A DNA stretch of 64,000 bases from an uncultured Gemmatimonadales bacterium. GTDB taxonomy: Bacteria > Gemmatimonadota > Gemmatimonadetes > Gemmatimonadales > GWC2-71-9. The first letter of the stretch is position 1. Each line of letters opens with the position of its first letter. The notes under the pieces are model-generated. The model ran no database searches, had not been told where the DNA came from, and was given only the letters and a program-made list of their open reading frames with translations. The stretch spans positions 441,291 through 505,290 of the forward strand of contig CAWCVB010000005.1 of NCBI GenBank assembly GCA_963798915.1. The letters are read 5' to 3'. The translations under genes and the position numbers were made by a program. Positions 31,163 through 41,531 of the stretch are shown one piece after another.

Positions 31163-31930
31163 ATGGGAATCTTTGACCGCTTCTCGACGCTGCTCCGGTC
31201 GAACATCAACGACCTCATCTCCCGGGCCGAGAATCCCGAGAAGATGCTGAACCAGCTGATCACGGACATGCGATCACAGCTGGGCAAGGCCAAGACCGAG
31301 GTGGCGGGTGCCATCGCGGACGAGAAGAAGCTGGAGTCCGACGCCCAGGCCATGAAGAAACAGGCCGAGGAGTGGGAACGCCGTGCCATGCTGGCGGTCC
31401 AGGAAGGGCGTGACGACCTGGCCAAGCAGGCGCTGACTCGCTACAACGAAAACCTGCAGGGCGCCCAGCAGCTGCACGAGACCTGGGTCAAGTCCAAGCA
31501 GGAGACCGAGGCGCTGAAGCTGTCGCTCCGGCAGTTGAATGACAAGATCGAGGAAGCCAAGCGCAAGAAGAACATTCTGATTGCACGAGCGCGGCGGTCC
31601 GAAGCGCAGCAGCGCATTCAGCAGACCATGGCTGGCATGTCGGACAAGAGTGCCTTCGAGTCGTTCGAGCGGATGGCGGAGAAGATCGAATCCAACGAAC
31701 GCAAGGCGCTGGCGGCGGCCGAATTGCACGAAGAGTTTACCGGCGACTCGCTGGCCAGGCAGTTCGAGGTGCTCGAGTATCACGGCAGCGCCGACCAGCA
31801 GCTGCTCGAATTGAAGCAGAAGATGGGACTGCTCGGTGCCGGCAGCAGTGGCGAGGCAAGGCGCCTCGGCAAGGGAATGGATGACGTGCAGGATGCCGAG
31901 GTGGAGGAGGAGGGGGGAACTGAAGGCTGA
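31163..31930 (+). CDS. pspA: PspA/IM30 family protein (bacterial ESCRT-III)
   Basis: MGIFDRF..LLRSNIN.L...AENPEKML.Q, A.LA..EGR.DLA..AL, FERM.EKI, L.ELK.KMG. Confidence 0.95.
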   Translation: MGIFDRFSTLLRSNINDLISRAENPEKMLNQLITDMRSQLGKAKTEVAGAIADEKKLESDAQAMKKQAEEWERRAMLAVQEGRDDLAKQALTRYNENLQGAQQLHETWVKSKQETEALKLSLRQLNDKIEEAKRKKNILIARARRSEAQQRIQQTMAGMSDKSAFESFERMAEKIESNERKALAAAELHEEFTGDSLARQFEVLEYHGSADQQLLELKQKMGLLGAGSSGEARRLGKGMDDVQDAEVEEEGGTEG

Positions 31931-32047
31931 GGGCGGAATGCTCGCCGCTGAAGGCTGAACGCTGAACACCCGGGCCGGGCACCGTGTTAGTATTCACGGC
32001 GCCCGGCCCGGGTATCGCTTCAGCCTATAGCCTTGAGCCTTCAGCCT
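31920..32047. repeat. Heptamer (GCTGAAG-like) repeats in inverted arrangement
   Basis: ctgaaggctgaggg...gctgaaggctgaacgctgaa followed by ttcagcctatagccttgagccttcagcct. Confidence 0.5.
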
Positions 32048-32048
32048 C

Positions 32049-33119
32049 ATGCCCACTCCCCGCTTCCTGATCCTGGCCGATGGCGATTTCGGCCCCATGA
32101 CCTCGAAGACCGCCAATTCCGTCATCCGGTTTCAGCCCGATCGGATCGTGGCGGTGCTGGACCGAAGTCAGGCTGGCCGTACCGTCCAGGACATTCTTGG
32201 CTTCGGCGGCGACGTGCCCGTGGTTGGCTCCATGATGGAAGGACTCGAACGCCAGCCCACGGCGGTCCTGATCGGCATTGCGCCACAGGGCGGTCGGCTG
32301 CCGGACGAGTGGCGGAGCTGGCTGGCGGATGCGCTCGATGCCGGATGTGATATCTGGAGCGGGCTCCATACCTTCCTCGCCGACGATCCGCTCCTGGCCG
32401 AGCGGGCCCGGGCCAACGACTGCCGGTTGCTCGACCTGCGTCGCCCACCCGCCGACCTGCCGATCGCCAGCGGGGCGGCCAAGCAGACCGAGGCCTTTCG
32501 GGTGCTGACCGTTGGGACCGACTGCAACGTGGGCAAGATGACGGCACAGCTCGAACTGGTGAAGTCCCTGAATGCGCGCGGCGTCCGCACTCGCTTTGTA
32601 CCCACGGGCCAGACCGGCATCATGATCGAAGGCTGGGGCATCGCGGTTGACGCCGTGGTGGCGGACTTCATCGCCGGCGCTGCAGAACGGATCACGCTCG
32701 AAGGCGCGCGCGACTCGGACGTCGTTCTCGTCGAGGGGCAGGGAAGCATCAACCACCCCGGCTACTCCGGCGTCACATTGGGATTGCTCCATGGGAGCTG
32801 CCCCGACGCCATGATTCTCTGCCACCAGACCACCAGGCAGTATATCGGGGACTATCGTCAGGCCTCCTGGCTCAAGATGCCGCCGTTGGCGGAGTACGTG
32901 CGCATCTACGAGACCATCGCAGCCGTGGTCCATCCGTCGCGCGTCATCGGCGTCGCACTCAATACGTATGACATGAGCGAGGCCGATGCACGAGCCGCCT
33001 GCGCGGCAACCACGCGCGACACCGGGTTGCCAGCCACCGACCCAGTGCGGTTCGACGAGACGCCCCTGATCGATGCAGTGCTGGCGGCGCGGAACGCGAG
33101 GGTCCAGTTGACCCGATGA
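32049..33119 (+). CDS. DUF1611 family protein (DgcN-like N-acetyltransferase)
   Basis: KTA, GIAPQGGRLP, SGLH.FL, VGTDCNVGKMT, TGQTGI, DF.AGA.E, VEGQGS..HP.YSGV.LGLLHG..PD. Confidence 0.9.
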   Translation: MPTPRFLILADGDFGPMTSKTANSVIRFQPDRIVAVLDRSQAGRTVQDILGFGGDVPVVGSMMEGLERQPTAVLIGIAPQGGRLPDEWRSWLADALDAGCDIWSGLHTFLADDPLLAERARANDCRLLDLRRPPADLPIASGAAKQTEAFRVLTVGTDCNVGKMTAQLELVKSLNARGVRTRFVPTGQTGIMIEGWGIAVDAVVADFIAGAAERITLEGARDSDVVLVEGQGSINHPGYSGVTLGLLHGSCPDAMILCHQTTRQYIGDYRQASWLKMPPLAEYVRIYETIAAVVHPSRVIGVALNTYDMSEADARAACAATTRDTGLPATDPVRFDETPLIDAVLAARNARVQLTR

Positions 33120-34051
33120 GCGCCATTCTGGTGCAAGGCCTGGTCAAGCAGTACGGCGGTCCGCCGCCGGTCACCGCAGTCGATGGCCTGGATTTGCAGG
33201 TGGAGCAGGGCGAGGTCTTCGGGCTGCTGGGTCCCAATGGCGCGGGCAAGACCACGACCGTCGGAGTGTGTACCACCCGCGTGCGTGCCTCGCGTGGCCG
33301 GGCGGTCGTGGACGGGATTGACGTGGCAACCGATGCTCCCGCCGCGCGCTCGCGGCTCGGCGTGGTGCCGCAATACAACACGCTCGATCGGGCCTGCACG
33401 GTACACGAGAATCTCTATTACCACTGCCGTTATTACGGCATGAGCGCCGCTGCGGCCCGTACCAGGTCCGCCGAACTCCTGGAGCAGTTCCGTCTCACCG
33501 ACCGCGCCAGGTCCATGCCCGCGCAACTCTCCGGCGGCCTGGCCCAGCGAGTCCAGCTGGCGCGGGCGATAGCCCATCGACCCTCGATTGTCTTCCTCGA
33601 TGAGCCGACGGCCGGGCTGGATCCGCAAAGCCGCCTGGCACTCTGGGAGCTGATCGAAGGCATGCGCTCCCGCGGCATTACCGTGCTGCTCACCACCCAT
33701 TATATGGAAGAGGCCGACCGCCTGTGCGACCGGCTCGCCATCATGGACCACGGCAAGATCCTGGCATCGGGGACACCGGAGGAACTCAAGCGCAGCGTGG
33801 GCGGCGAAACGATGGTCGACCTGCGGCTCGCCGGCGAGCCCGCTGACCTGGTCGAGGAACTTGGCCATTTGCCGAGCGTCACCAGCGCGGCGGAGCACGA
33901 TGGCGGCGTGCGACTGCTGACGACGTCGCGCGAAGGACTGCTGCCCCGCATCGTGCAGGTCGCCGGGGGACGCTTGCATGACCTGTCGGTCCGCGAGCCG
34001 ACGCTGGAGACGGTCTTTCTCCGCCTGACCGGCCGGGAACTGCGTGACTGA
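33116..34051 (+). CDS. ABC-2 type (DrrA/NodI-like) ATP-binding protein
   Basis: GPNGAGKTT, LSGG, LDEPTAGLDP, TTHYMEEA, C-terminal PTLE.VFL.LTG. Confidence 0.93.
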   Translation: MSAILVQGLVKQYGGPPPVTAVDGLDLQVEQGEVFGLLGPNGAGKTTTVGVCTTRVRASRGRAVVDGIDVATDAPAARSRLGVVPQYNTLDRACTVHENLYYHCRYYGMSAAAARTRSAELLEQFRLTDRARSMPAQLSGGLAQRVQLARAIAHRPSIVFLDEPTAGLDPQSRLALWELIEGMRSRGITVLLTTHYMEEADRLCDRLAIMDHGKILASGTPEELKRSVGGETMVDLRLAGEPADLVEELGHLPSVTSAAEHDGGVRLLTTSREGLLPRIVQVAGGRLHDLSVREPTLETVFLRLTGRELRD

Positions 34052-34859
34052 GCCAGCAATGCGGCCGTCGTACCGGCGTGCCTTCTGGGGCCTCATCCTC
34101 CGCGACCTGCGCGTGCTGCGCCGGACCTTCTGGCCTTTCATCACGCGCACCGGCATGAATCCGCTGCTTACCGTATTCGTCTTTGCCTACGTCTTTCCCA
34201 AGATCGGCCAGGGGATGCACTTTGCCGGCAGCGATGGGCCCAACTTCGGCACCATTCTGGTCCCCGGGCTCGTGGCCGTTGCAATCGTCTTTCAGGGCAT
34301 CGCGGCCGTTGCGCTGCCACTCGCCATGGAACTCAGCGCCACGCGGGAAATCGAGGACCGGGTGCTGGCGCCGCTGCCCAACTGGCTTGTCGCCGGCGAG
34401 AAGATCGTGTTTGCTGCGGTCCAAGGGGTGGTGGCCGGCCTGGTGGTGTTTCCGCTGCTCTACCTCGTGCCGGCGATGCCGGTCGAGATCCACGTTCACT
34501 CCTGGCCGCTGCTGGTCGGGGTCGTGCTGCTGGCGAGCCTCGCGTCCGGCGCGCTGGGGCTCGCGCTCGGCACGTCGGTCGAACCACGGCAGATCGGACT
34601 GATGTTCGCTGTGGTGGTCGTACCGATGACCTTTCTCGGCTGCGTCTACTACCCCTGGGCGGCGCTGGGGCCGATTCCCTGGTTGCAATGGCTCGTGCTC
34701 ATCAACCCGCTGGTGTACATGAGCGAGGGCCTGCGGGCCGCGCTCACGCCAGATCTGCCGCACATGCCGGCTGCGCTCTACCTCGCCGCGTTGGTGCTTG
34801 CCACGGCGCTCATGGCCGGGTTCGGCCTGCGGTCCTTCCGCCGACGCACCGTGGATTGA
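34044..34859 (+). CDS. ABC-2 type permease
   Basis: Six TM, PG.VA, LAP, NPL.Y..EG.R. Confidence 0.9.
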   Translation: MTEPAMRPSYRRAFWGLILRDLRVLRRTFWPFITRTGMNPLLTVFVFAYVFPKIGQGMHFAGSDGPNFGTILVPGLVAVAIVFQGIAAVALPLAMELSATREIEDRVLAPLPNWLVAGEKIVFAAVQGVVAGLVVFPLLYLVPAMPVEIHVHSWPLLVGVVLLASLASGALGLALGTSVEPRQIGLMFAVVVVPMTFLGCVYYPWAALGPIPWLQWLVLINPLVYMSEGLRAALTPDLPHMPAALYLAALVLATALMAGFGLRSFRRRTVD

Positions 34860-34926
34860 GGCGTTCTGCCCTGTTCCGCGTGCATCCGGTTGTACTCCGG
34901 TTGATGTGCCGGCGTAGCATGGTGGC

Positions 34927-35316
34927 ATGGACTCTGTTCTGTCACCGGTTTCCCCGGACATGCCGCTGGTCACTGCGCTGCAGCTGGCGCCTCCCGCCCG
35001 GCTCTGCGGCGTCTGGATTGAAGGGGCGGCGCATTCCAGGCCGTTCCCGGTCCGGATTGCCGCACCCGCGGGTTGGCGCTCGCTGCTGCTCGGTTCCGAC
35101 TTGGGACTGCTGCTGACGCTCGTCGATTCTGCGATCGTCGATGCCGGCGCCGGACCCGTCCGGCTGGCGGCGGACCAACTGCGGGCGCGTCGGTCGCTGG
35201 AGCTGTTTGACGGCTCGCGGACGTGCATTGTTCCGCTCGCGGGCAGCAGTCCCGAATCTGTCGTTGCGAACCAGCCCGGCTCCCTGCTGCTCAGCCGCAT
35301 GCGCTATATGAGTTGA
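34927..35316 (+). CDS. Hypothetical protein
   Basis: Fills the gap in a co-directional gene run; no recognised motif. Confidence 0.45.
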   Translation: MDSVLSPVSPDMPLVTALQLAPPARLCGVWIEGAAHSRPFPVRIAAPAGWRSLLLGSDLGLLLTLVDSAIVDAGAGPVRLAADQLRARRSLELFDGSRTCIVPLAGSSPESVVANQPGSLLLSRMRYMS

Positions 35317-35377
35317 CCTCCTCGCCGGCTCGCCCGTAGGTTTCGGCGCTCTGACCGAACCGCTGCATTCTCTGGGA

Positions 35378-36322
35378 GTGGCCGTGCTGCATCTTGCGTA
35401 CCCGCAGTGGCTGGAAGACTTCGCCTCCTTCTTCAATTCTGACGCCAAGGCGTTCATCGCCTATGGGCTGCGCGTCCTGGGCATCTGGGTGCTGGCCTGG
35501 CTGGCCCTCCGGGCCGTGCGCATCATCGCGCGCCGCATTGAAATCAGTGTCGACGACCACAACGACCTGCTAACCACGATCCGGGAAAAGCGGGGGCGGA
35601 CCATTGCCCAGCTGGTCCGCGGCGCTGGTCGAGCGGTGATCGTCAGCGGGGCAGTGCTCCTGACCCTCCGAGTCTTCATGGACATCAGTCCGATCCTTGG
35701 TGCGGTTGGCCTGCTGGGGTTGGCGGTCTCGTTTGGGGCCCAGAGCCTGGTCAAGGATGTGATCACCGGCTTCTTCATGCTGGTGGAAGACCAGTTTGGC
35801 GTTGGTGATATCATCCAGATCGGTGACAAGGGCGGGGTGGTCGAGCGGCTCACGCTTCGTGTCGTCATGCTGCGTTCCATCGACGGGGTGCTCCACATCA
35901 TCCCCAACGGCGAGATCAACATGGTGAGCAACATGACCCGGGGTTGGTCGCGGGCTGTGCTCGAAATCGGCATTGCATACGGGTCCGATGTGGATCGGGC
36001 GCTGCGTGTCTTTCGTGATGAAGCCGCCCGCTTTTCCGAGGATGCTGCCTGGAAGCCCCGGCTGGACGGCCCGCTGGAAGTCCCTGGCATCGAATCGCTG
36101 GGCGACAGCGCCGTGGTGATCCGGGTGCTGGCGCGTACCCAGCCGGCGGCGCAGTGGGACGTTGCCCGTGAATTCCGCCGCCGCATCAAGAACCGGCTGG
36201 ATGCGGAGGGTATCGAGATTCCCTTCCCGCAGCGCACCGTGCACTTTCGCCTCGAGCCGGACGATGCGGCCGAAGGCAACAAGCCAATCACTCGCGCGCT
36301 GCAGAAGGCGGGAGGCGAATGA
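35378..36322 (+). CDS. Small-conductance mechanosensitive channel (MscS family)
   Basis: GLAVSFGAQSLVKDVITG, F.VGD, IPNG, GIEIPFPQR. Confidence 0.93.
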   Translation: MAVLHLAYPQWLEDFASFFNSDAKAFIAYGLRVLGIWVLAWLALRAVRIIARRIEISVDDHNDLLTTIREKRGRTIAQLVRGAGRAVIVSGAVLLTLRVFMDISPILGAVGLLGLAVSFGAQSLVKDVITGFFMLVEDQFGVGDIIQIGDKGGVVERLTLRVVMLRSIDGVLHIIPNGEINMVSNMTRGWSRAVLEIGIAYGSDVDRALRVFRDEAARFSEDAAWKPRLDGPLEVPGIESLGDSAVVIRVLARTQPAAQWDVAREFRRRIKNRLDAEGIEIPFPQRTVHFRLEPDDAAEGNKPITRALQKAGGE

Positions 36323-37839
36323 GTCTCCAACTATTCAACACGATGTCCCGGAGTGTCGAGCCGTTCACGCCCATGCGCCCCGGCCAGGTGGCGATGTATG
36401 CCTGCGGCCCGACCGTCTACAACTACGCCCACATCGGAAACTTCCGGACGTTCCTGTTCGAGGATCTCCTGCGCCGGTGGCTGGAAGCCAGTGGGCTGGA
36501 GCTCTTCTACGTGATGAACCTGACGGACGTGGACGACAAGACCATCCGCGGCGCCGGACAGGCAGGCCTCGCGCTGCGGGAATATGTCGAGCGCTTCATT
36601 ACCGCGTTTCACGAGGACCGACGGTACCTGCGGATTCGCGATGCCTCCATCTATTCGCGCGCTACCGACTACATCGGCGCCATGGTGGCGCTGGTGCAGG
36701 ACCTCGTGACCAAGGGAATTGCCTATCCCGGCGACGATGGCTCGGTCTATTTCGCGATCGGCCGTTTTCCGGGCTATGGCAAGCTGTCGCGGCTGGACAC
36801 CCGTGAACTGAAGAGCGGCGCCAGCGAGCGCGTGTCCACCGACGAGTATTCCAAGGAGGACGCGCGCGACTTCGTGCTGTGGAAGGCCGCCCGGCCCGAG
36901 GATGAGGCGGTGGGCGCGGCCTGGGATGCTCCTTTTGGCCGCGGCCGGCCCGGCTGGCACCTGGAGTGCTCGGCGATGGCGCTGACGCTGCTCAAGGAGA
37001 AGTGGGGCCGCGATGTGCTCGACATCCATGCCGGTGGCGTGGACCTCATCTTCCCGCATCACGAGGACGAGATTGCTCAGAGCTGCGCCTTCACGGGGCA
37101 GGAGCGCTTCGCCAACGTCTGGATGCATGGAGAGTTCCTGACCCTGTCCGGCACCAAGATGTCCAAGCGGTTCGGCAACATTCTGACCGCGCGGGATCTC
37201 AAGGAAGAGGGGGTCGATGCCGGCAGCGTCCGACTCCTCATGTTCAACACCCATTACCGGCAGCCGTTGGACTGGAGCGATGAGGCGCTGGGCCACGCGC
37301 GGGAGGGCTCGCGCCGGCTGGGTGAGATGGCCGACCGGCTTCGGCGCTCGGCGCAGCAGGAGGGTGCGGAGGACCAGGCGTTCGTGACCATTGCCGATAC
37401 CTGCCAGCTCGACTTCGCGGCATCGATGGATGATGACCTCAATTCGCCCCGGGCGCTGGCGGCATTGTTCGTCTTTGGGCGGGAGGCCAACCGGCTTCTG
37501 GATGCCGGCAAGCTGCCAGGGGCGGCGGCGCTCGGTGTGCTGGATCTGGCCGAGTCGGTCCTGGATGTGTTCCCGTCAGGTCAGTCGGTGACGGTGCTCG
37601 TTGGCGGCGTTTCGGGTGTCGGTGAGACGGGCAGCGTGGCGGTCGAGTCCCTCAGCGAAACCGCTCCGGCCGACGTCGCCGAGCAGACGCAATGGGCGGA
37701 GGCCTGGGCCCGGCGCCGGCAGGAAGCCCGGCTCAATCGCGACTTTGCCACGGCGGACCGGATCCGGGACCTGGTCTCGGCGGCGGGCTTCGAGATCCGT
37801 GATGGTCGGGGTGGAGTGGAGGTCAGGCGCCGGGGTTAG
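36319..37839 (+). CDS. cysS: Cysteinyl-tRNA synthetase
   Basis: CGPTVY, HIGN, GRPGWHLEC, FPHHEDE, KMSK. Confidence 0.98.
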   Translation: MSLQLFNTMSRSVEPFTPMRPGQVAMYACGPTVYNYAHIGNFRTFLFEDLLRRWLEASGLELFYVMNLTDVDDKTIRGAGQAGLALREYVERFITAFHEDRRYLRIRDASIYSRATDYIGAMVALVQDLVTKGIAYPGDDGSVYFAIGRFPGYGKLSRLDTRELKSGASERVSTDEYSKEDARDFVLWKAARPEDEAVGAAWDAPFGRGRPGWHLECSAMALTLLKEKWGRDVLDIHAGGVDLIFPHHEDEIAQSCAFTGQERFANVWMHGEFLTLSGTKMSKRFGNILTARDLKEEGVDAGSVRLLMFNTHYRQPLDWSDEALGHAREGSRRLGEMADRLRRSAQQEGAEDQAFVTIADTCQLDFAASMDDDLNSPRALAALFVFGREANRLLDAGKLPGAAALGVLDLAESVLDVFPSGQSVTVLVGGVSGVGETGSVAVESLSETAPADVAEQTQWAEAWARRRQEARLNRDFATADRIRDLVSAAGFEIRDGRGGVEVRRRG

Positions 37840-37844
37840 GGCTC

Positions 37845-37921
37845 GGTCGACGGTCAAGGTCGACGGTCGACGGGTCGAGGGTCGACGGTCGAGGGTCGAG
37901 GGTCGCGGGTCGAGGGTCGAG
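37845..37921 (+). repeat. Tandem heptamer repeat GGTCGA(C/G), about 11 units
   Basis: ggtcgacggtcaaggtcgacggtcgacgggtcgagggtcgac...; the same unit recurs at 38648-38677. Confidence 0.85.
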
Positions 37922-37933
37922 AGCTCGCCTTTT

Positions 37934-37960
37934 CGTCACCCCAGCGAAAGCTGGGGTCCA
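37934..37960 (+). repeat. CGTC-tagged REP-like palindrome
   Basis: cgtca ccccagc gaaa gctgggg tcca: 7-bp stem with GAAA loop, 5' CGTC tag and 3' TCCA. Confidence 0.6.
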
Positions 37961-38045
37961 TGAGGGCTCACCCGAGCTGAGTCGCTGTGTCCGAGTCCCA
38001 CATGGACCCTGGTTTGCACCGGGGCGACGCACGGGCGAGTTTCGG

Positions 38046-38118
38046 CCCGCCCATCCCGCCCATCCCGCCCATCCCGCCCATCCCGCCCATCCCTCCGCCC
38101 ATCCTGCCCGTCCTGCCG
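38046..38118 (+). repeat. Tandem 9-mer (CCCGCCCAT)x5 plus degenerate units
   Basis: Read directly from the sequence. Confidence 0.85.
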
Positions 38119-38140
38119 TAAGCCTCGTGCCCGTCGCCAG

Positions 38141-38169
38141 TTGACTCCTGCCATTCCGTCTGCTATTGT
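38141..38169 (+). promoter_or_regulatory. Sigma70 promoter for the tRNA-tuf operon
   Basis: TTGACT-N17-TATTGT with extended TG, 26 nt before tRNA-Thr. Confidence 0.7.
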
Positions 38170-38195
38170 AAGAGTCTGTCTTTTTCAGCCTTCAG

Positions 38196-38268
38196 GCTGA
38201 CGTAGCTCAATTGGTAGAGCAGCGGTTTTGTAAACCGCCGGTTCGGGGTTCAAGTCCCCGCGTCAGCT
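38196..38268 (+). tRNA. tRNA-Thr(TGT)
   Basis: Acceptor GCTGACG/CGTCAGC; anticodon arm gcggt-tt-TGT-aa-accgc; GTTCAA T-loop. Confidence 0.96.
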
Positions 38269-38304
38269 CGCTTGCAGCAGCGGACGGAGCGTCGGGCGGT
38301 GCGC

Positions 38305-38388
38305 GGTGGGGTGGCCGAGTGGCTAATGGCAGCAGACTGTAAATCTGCCGGGCTATGCCCTACGTAGGTTCGAATCCTACCCCCACCA
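38305..38388 (+). tRNA. tRNA-Tyr(GTA)
   Basis: Acceptor GGTGGGG/CCCCACC; gcaga-ct-GTA-aa-tctgc; long variable arm. Confidence 0.96.
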
Positions 38389-38489
38389 TTGCGTCGTGGG
38401 TCACGGGTCGCAAGACGGCGAATGAAGGTCGGGGATTCGATTGGATGTCGGCGGCTGGAGTGCGCTTCGCGACCCACGACTCGACACAC

Positions 38490-38562
38490 GCGGGTGTAGC
38501 TCAGTTGGTAGAGCATCAGCCTTCCAAGCTGAGGGTCGCGGGTTCGAGTCCCGTCGCCCGCT
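38490..38562 (+). tRNA. tRNA-Gly(TCC)
   Basis: tcagc-ct-TCC-aa-gctga; GTTCGAG T-loop. Confidence 0.96.
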
Positions 38563-38563
38563 T

Positions 38564-38636
<73 letters not shown>

Positions 38637-38728
38637 CTGGAGAGACGAGTCGACGGTCAACAGTCGACGGTCGACCGTAGGCCGTTGACGTTCAGGCAGA
38701 CCCAGCAGGCATCAAGGAGCAGCGGGCA

Positions 38729-39931
<1,203 letters not shown>

Positions 39932-39971
39932 GGTACGGGCGGCCCCCGGGCCGCCCCCACAGAGCGAGCAT

Positions 39972-40124
39972 ATGCCAAGAGATAAAGTCATCCTCGAATG
40001 CACCGACTGCCGGAACCGCAACTTCTTCCTGGACAAGAACAAGCGGAAGCACCCGGAGCGCGTCGAGCTGCGGAAGTTCTGTCCGCGCTGCGGCAAGCAC
40101 GTCACGCATAAGGAAACCAAGTAG
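39972..40124 (+). CDS. rpmG: 50S ribosomal protein L33 (Zn-ribbon form)
   Basis: Manual translation MPRDKVILECTDCRNRNFFLDKNKRKHPERVELRKFCPRCGKHVTHKETK; below the ORF-track cutoff. Confidence 0.97.
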   Translation: MPRDKVILECTDCRNRNFFLDKNKRKHPERVELRKFCPRCGKHVTHKETK

Positions 40125-40126
40125 GC

Positions 40127-40360
40127 ATGGCCGAAACCCAGCCGACCGAGCGGGCGCCCGGCAGGATTGCGCGCGCCGGTGAGTTCCTGGTGGCGACCCG
40201 CGCCGAAATGCGGAAGGTCACCTGGCCCAGCCGGGACGAGCTGGTCAAGGCGACGCGCATGATCGTGGTGCTGTCGCTCATCCTGGGCGTGACCATCGGC
40301 TTGCTCGACGTGGTGCTCCAGAAGTTGCTGGTGGACGGCGTCGCGATTCTGGCGCGGTAG
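40127..40360 (+). CDS. secE: Preprotein translocase SecE
   Basis: EMRKVTWP.R.E followed by one TM. Confidence 0.95.
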   Translation: MAETQPTERAPGRIARAGEFLVATRAEMRKVTWPSRDELVKATRMIVVLSLILGVTIGLLDVVLQKLLVDGVAILAR

Positions 40361-40363
40361 GCC

Positions 40364-40906
40364 ATGGAATATCGCTGGTACGCCATTCAGACGACGGCTG
40401 GGCACGAGAACAAGGTCCGCAACCTGCTGCAGAAGCGGATTGCCGATGACCCGCGGCCGGACGACGACAAGCTGGTCCGGCAGGCCCTGGTGCCAACCCA
40501 GGAAGCGGTCGAGATCAAGAACGGCAAGAAGGTCACCGTAGACCGGAAGCTCTATCCCGGCTACGTCCTGGTCGAGATGGGCATGTCGCAGGAAGCGCTG
40601 CACCTGGTCAACAGCATCCAGGGCGTGATCAAGTTTGTGGGCACCGGGCGGCTGCCGCAGGCGCTGCGACAGGAGGAGGTCAACCGGTTGCTGGGTGTTG
40701 CCGTCGAAGCCTCGGCCGCCGAGCCCCGGGAAGAGATCCCCTTCATGGTCGGTCAGGTGGTGGAAATCACCGAAGGGCCCTTTGCCGACTTCAGCGGCTC
40801 GGTGGAAGAAGTTCTGCCCGACAAGGGCAAGGTCAAAGTTTCGGTCAGCCTTTTCGGCCGGCCAACGACGGTAGAGATGGATTATCTGCAGTTGAGAGGG
40901 CATTAG
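40364..40906 (+). CDS. nusG: Transcription factor NusG
   Basis: WYAIQT..GHE.KV, YPGYVLVEM, KOW (GPFADF.G), FGR.T.VE. Confidence 0.97.
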   Translation: MEYRWYAIQTTAGHENKVRNLLQKRIADDPRPDDDKLVRQALVPTQEAVEIKNGKKVTVDRKLYPGYVLVEMGMSQEALHLVNSIQGVIKFVGTGRLPQALRQEEVNRLLGVAVEASAAEPREEIPFMVGQVVEITEGPFADFSGSVEEVLPDKGKVKVSVSLFGRPTTVEMDYLQLRGH

Positions 40907-41071
40907 GGCGGCTGCGGTAGGGGCAAAGCCATGGCTTTGCCGTGCCGCAGCCGCCCCCCGCGACCGCGCGGGTCATCGCGGCAGAACGATTCCTCGGAAT
41001 AGTCCGGGGATCACGCCGGTCAGGGGCGGGTCGTAGGAGCGGGTCTAGGACCCGCTCCATCAGACCCGCCC
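40906..41071 (+). promoter_or_regulatory. Structured nusG-rplK intergenic region
   Basis: Hairpin gggcggctgcgg..ggcaaagcca/tggctttgcc..ccgcagccgccc and a second hairpin ggggcgggtc..ggagcgggtc/gacccgctcc..gacccgcccc. Confidence 0.45.
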
Positions 41072-41105
41072 CGACGTCGGCCCGAGTTCGAACCAGGAGA
41101 AGTAG

Positions 41106-41531
41106 ATGGCCAAGAAAATCACCGCACAGGTGAAGCTGCAGTGCCCGGCAGGAGCGGCCAACCCCGCGCCGCCGGTGGGTACCGCGCTCGGTCCCCATGG
41201 TGTCAACATCATGGAGTTCTGCAAGCAGTTCAACGCGCGCACGCAGAACCAGGCCGGCATGGTGATCCCCGTGGTCGTGACCATCTACGCCGACCGCACC
41301 TTCACGTTCATCACCAAGACGCCGCCCGCCGCCAACCTCCTGATGAAGGAGGCGTCGGTGGACAAGGGCAGCGCCGCGCCCAACCGGACCAAGATCGGTA
41401 CGGTGACCCGCGCGCAGCTTCGCAAGATCGCCGAGATCAAGATGGCGGACCTGAACGCGTCGGACGTCGAGAGCGCCATGCGCATGGTGGCGGGCACCGC
41501 CCGTTCCATGGGGCTGGAGGTGGCGGACTGA
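41106..41531 (+). CDS. rplK: 50S ribosomal protein L11
   Basis: [30 protein letters not shown]. Confidence 0.98.
   Translation: MAKKITAQVKLQCPAGAANPAPPVGTALGPHGVNIMEFCKQFNARTQNQAGMVIPVVVTIYADRTFTFITKTPPAANLLMKEASVDKGSAAPNRTKIGTVTRAQLRKIAEIKMADLNASDVESAMRMVAGTARSMGLEVAD

Noticed and set aside
37845..38118. CRISPR array
   Set aside because: Units are 7-9 nt and directly tandem with no unique spacers; no cas genes in the window.
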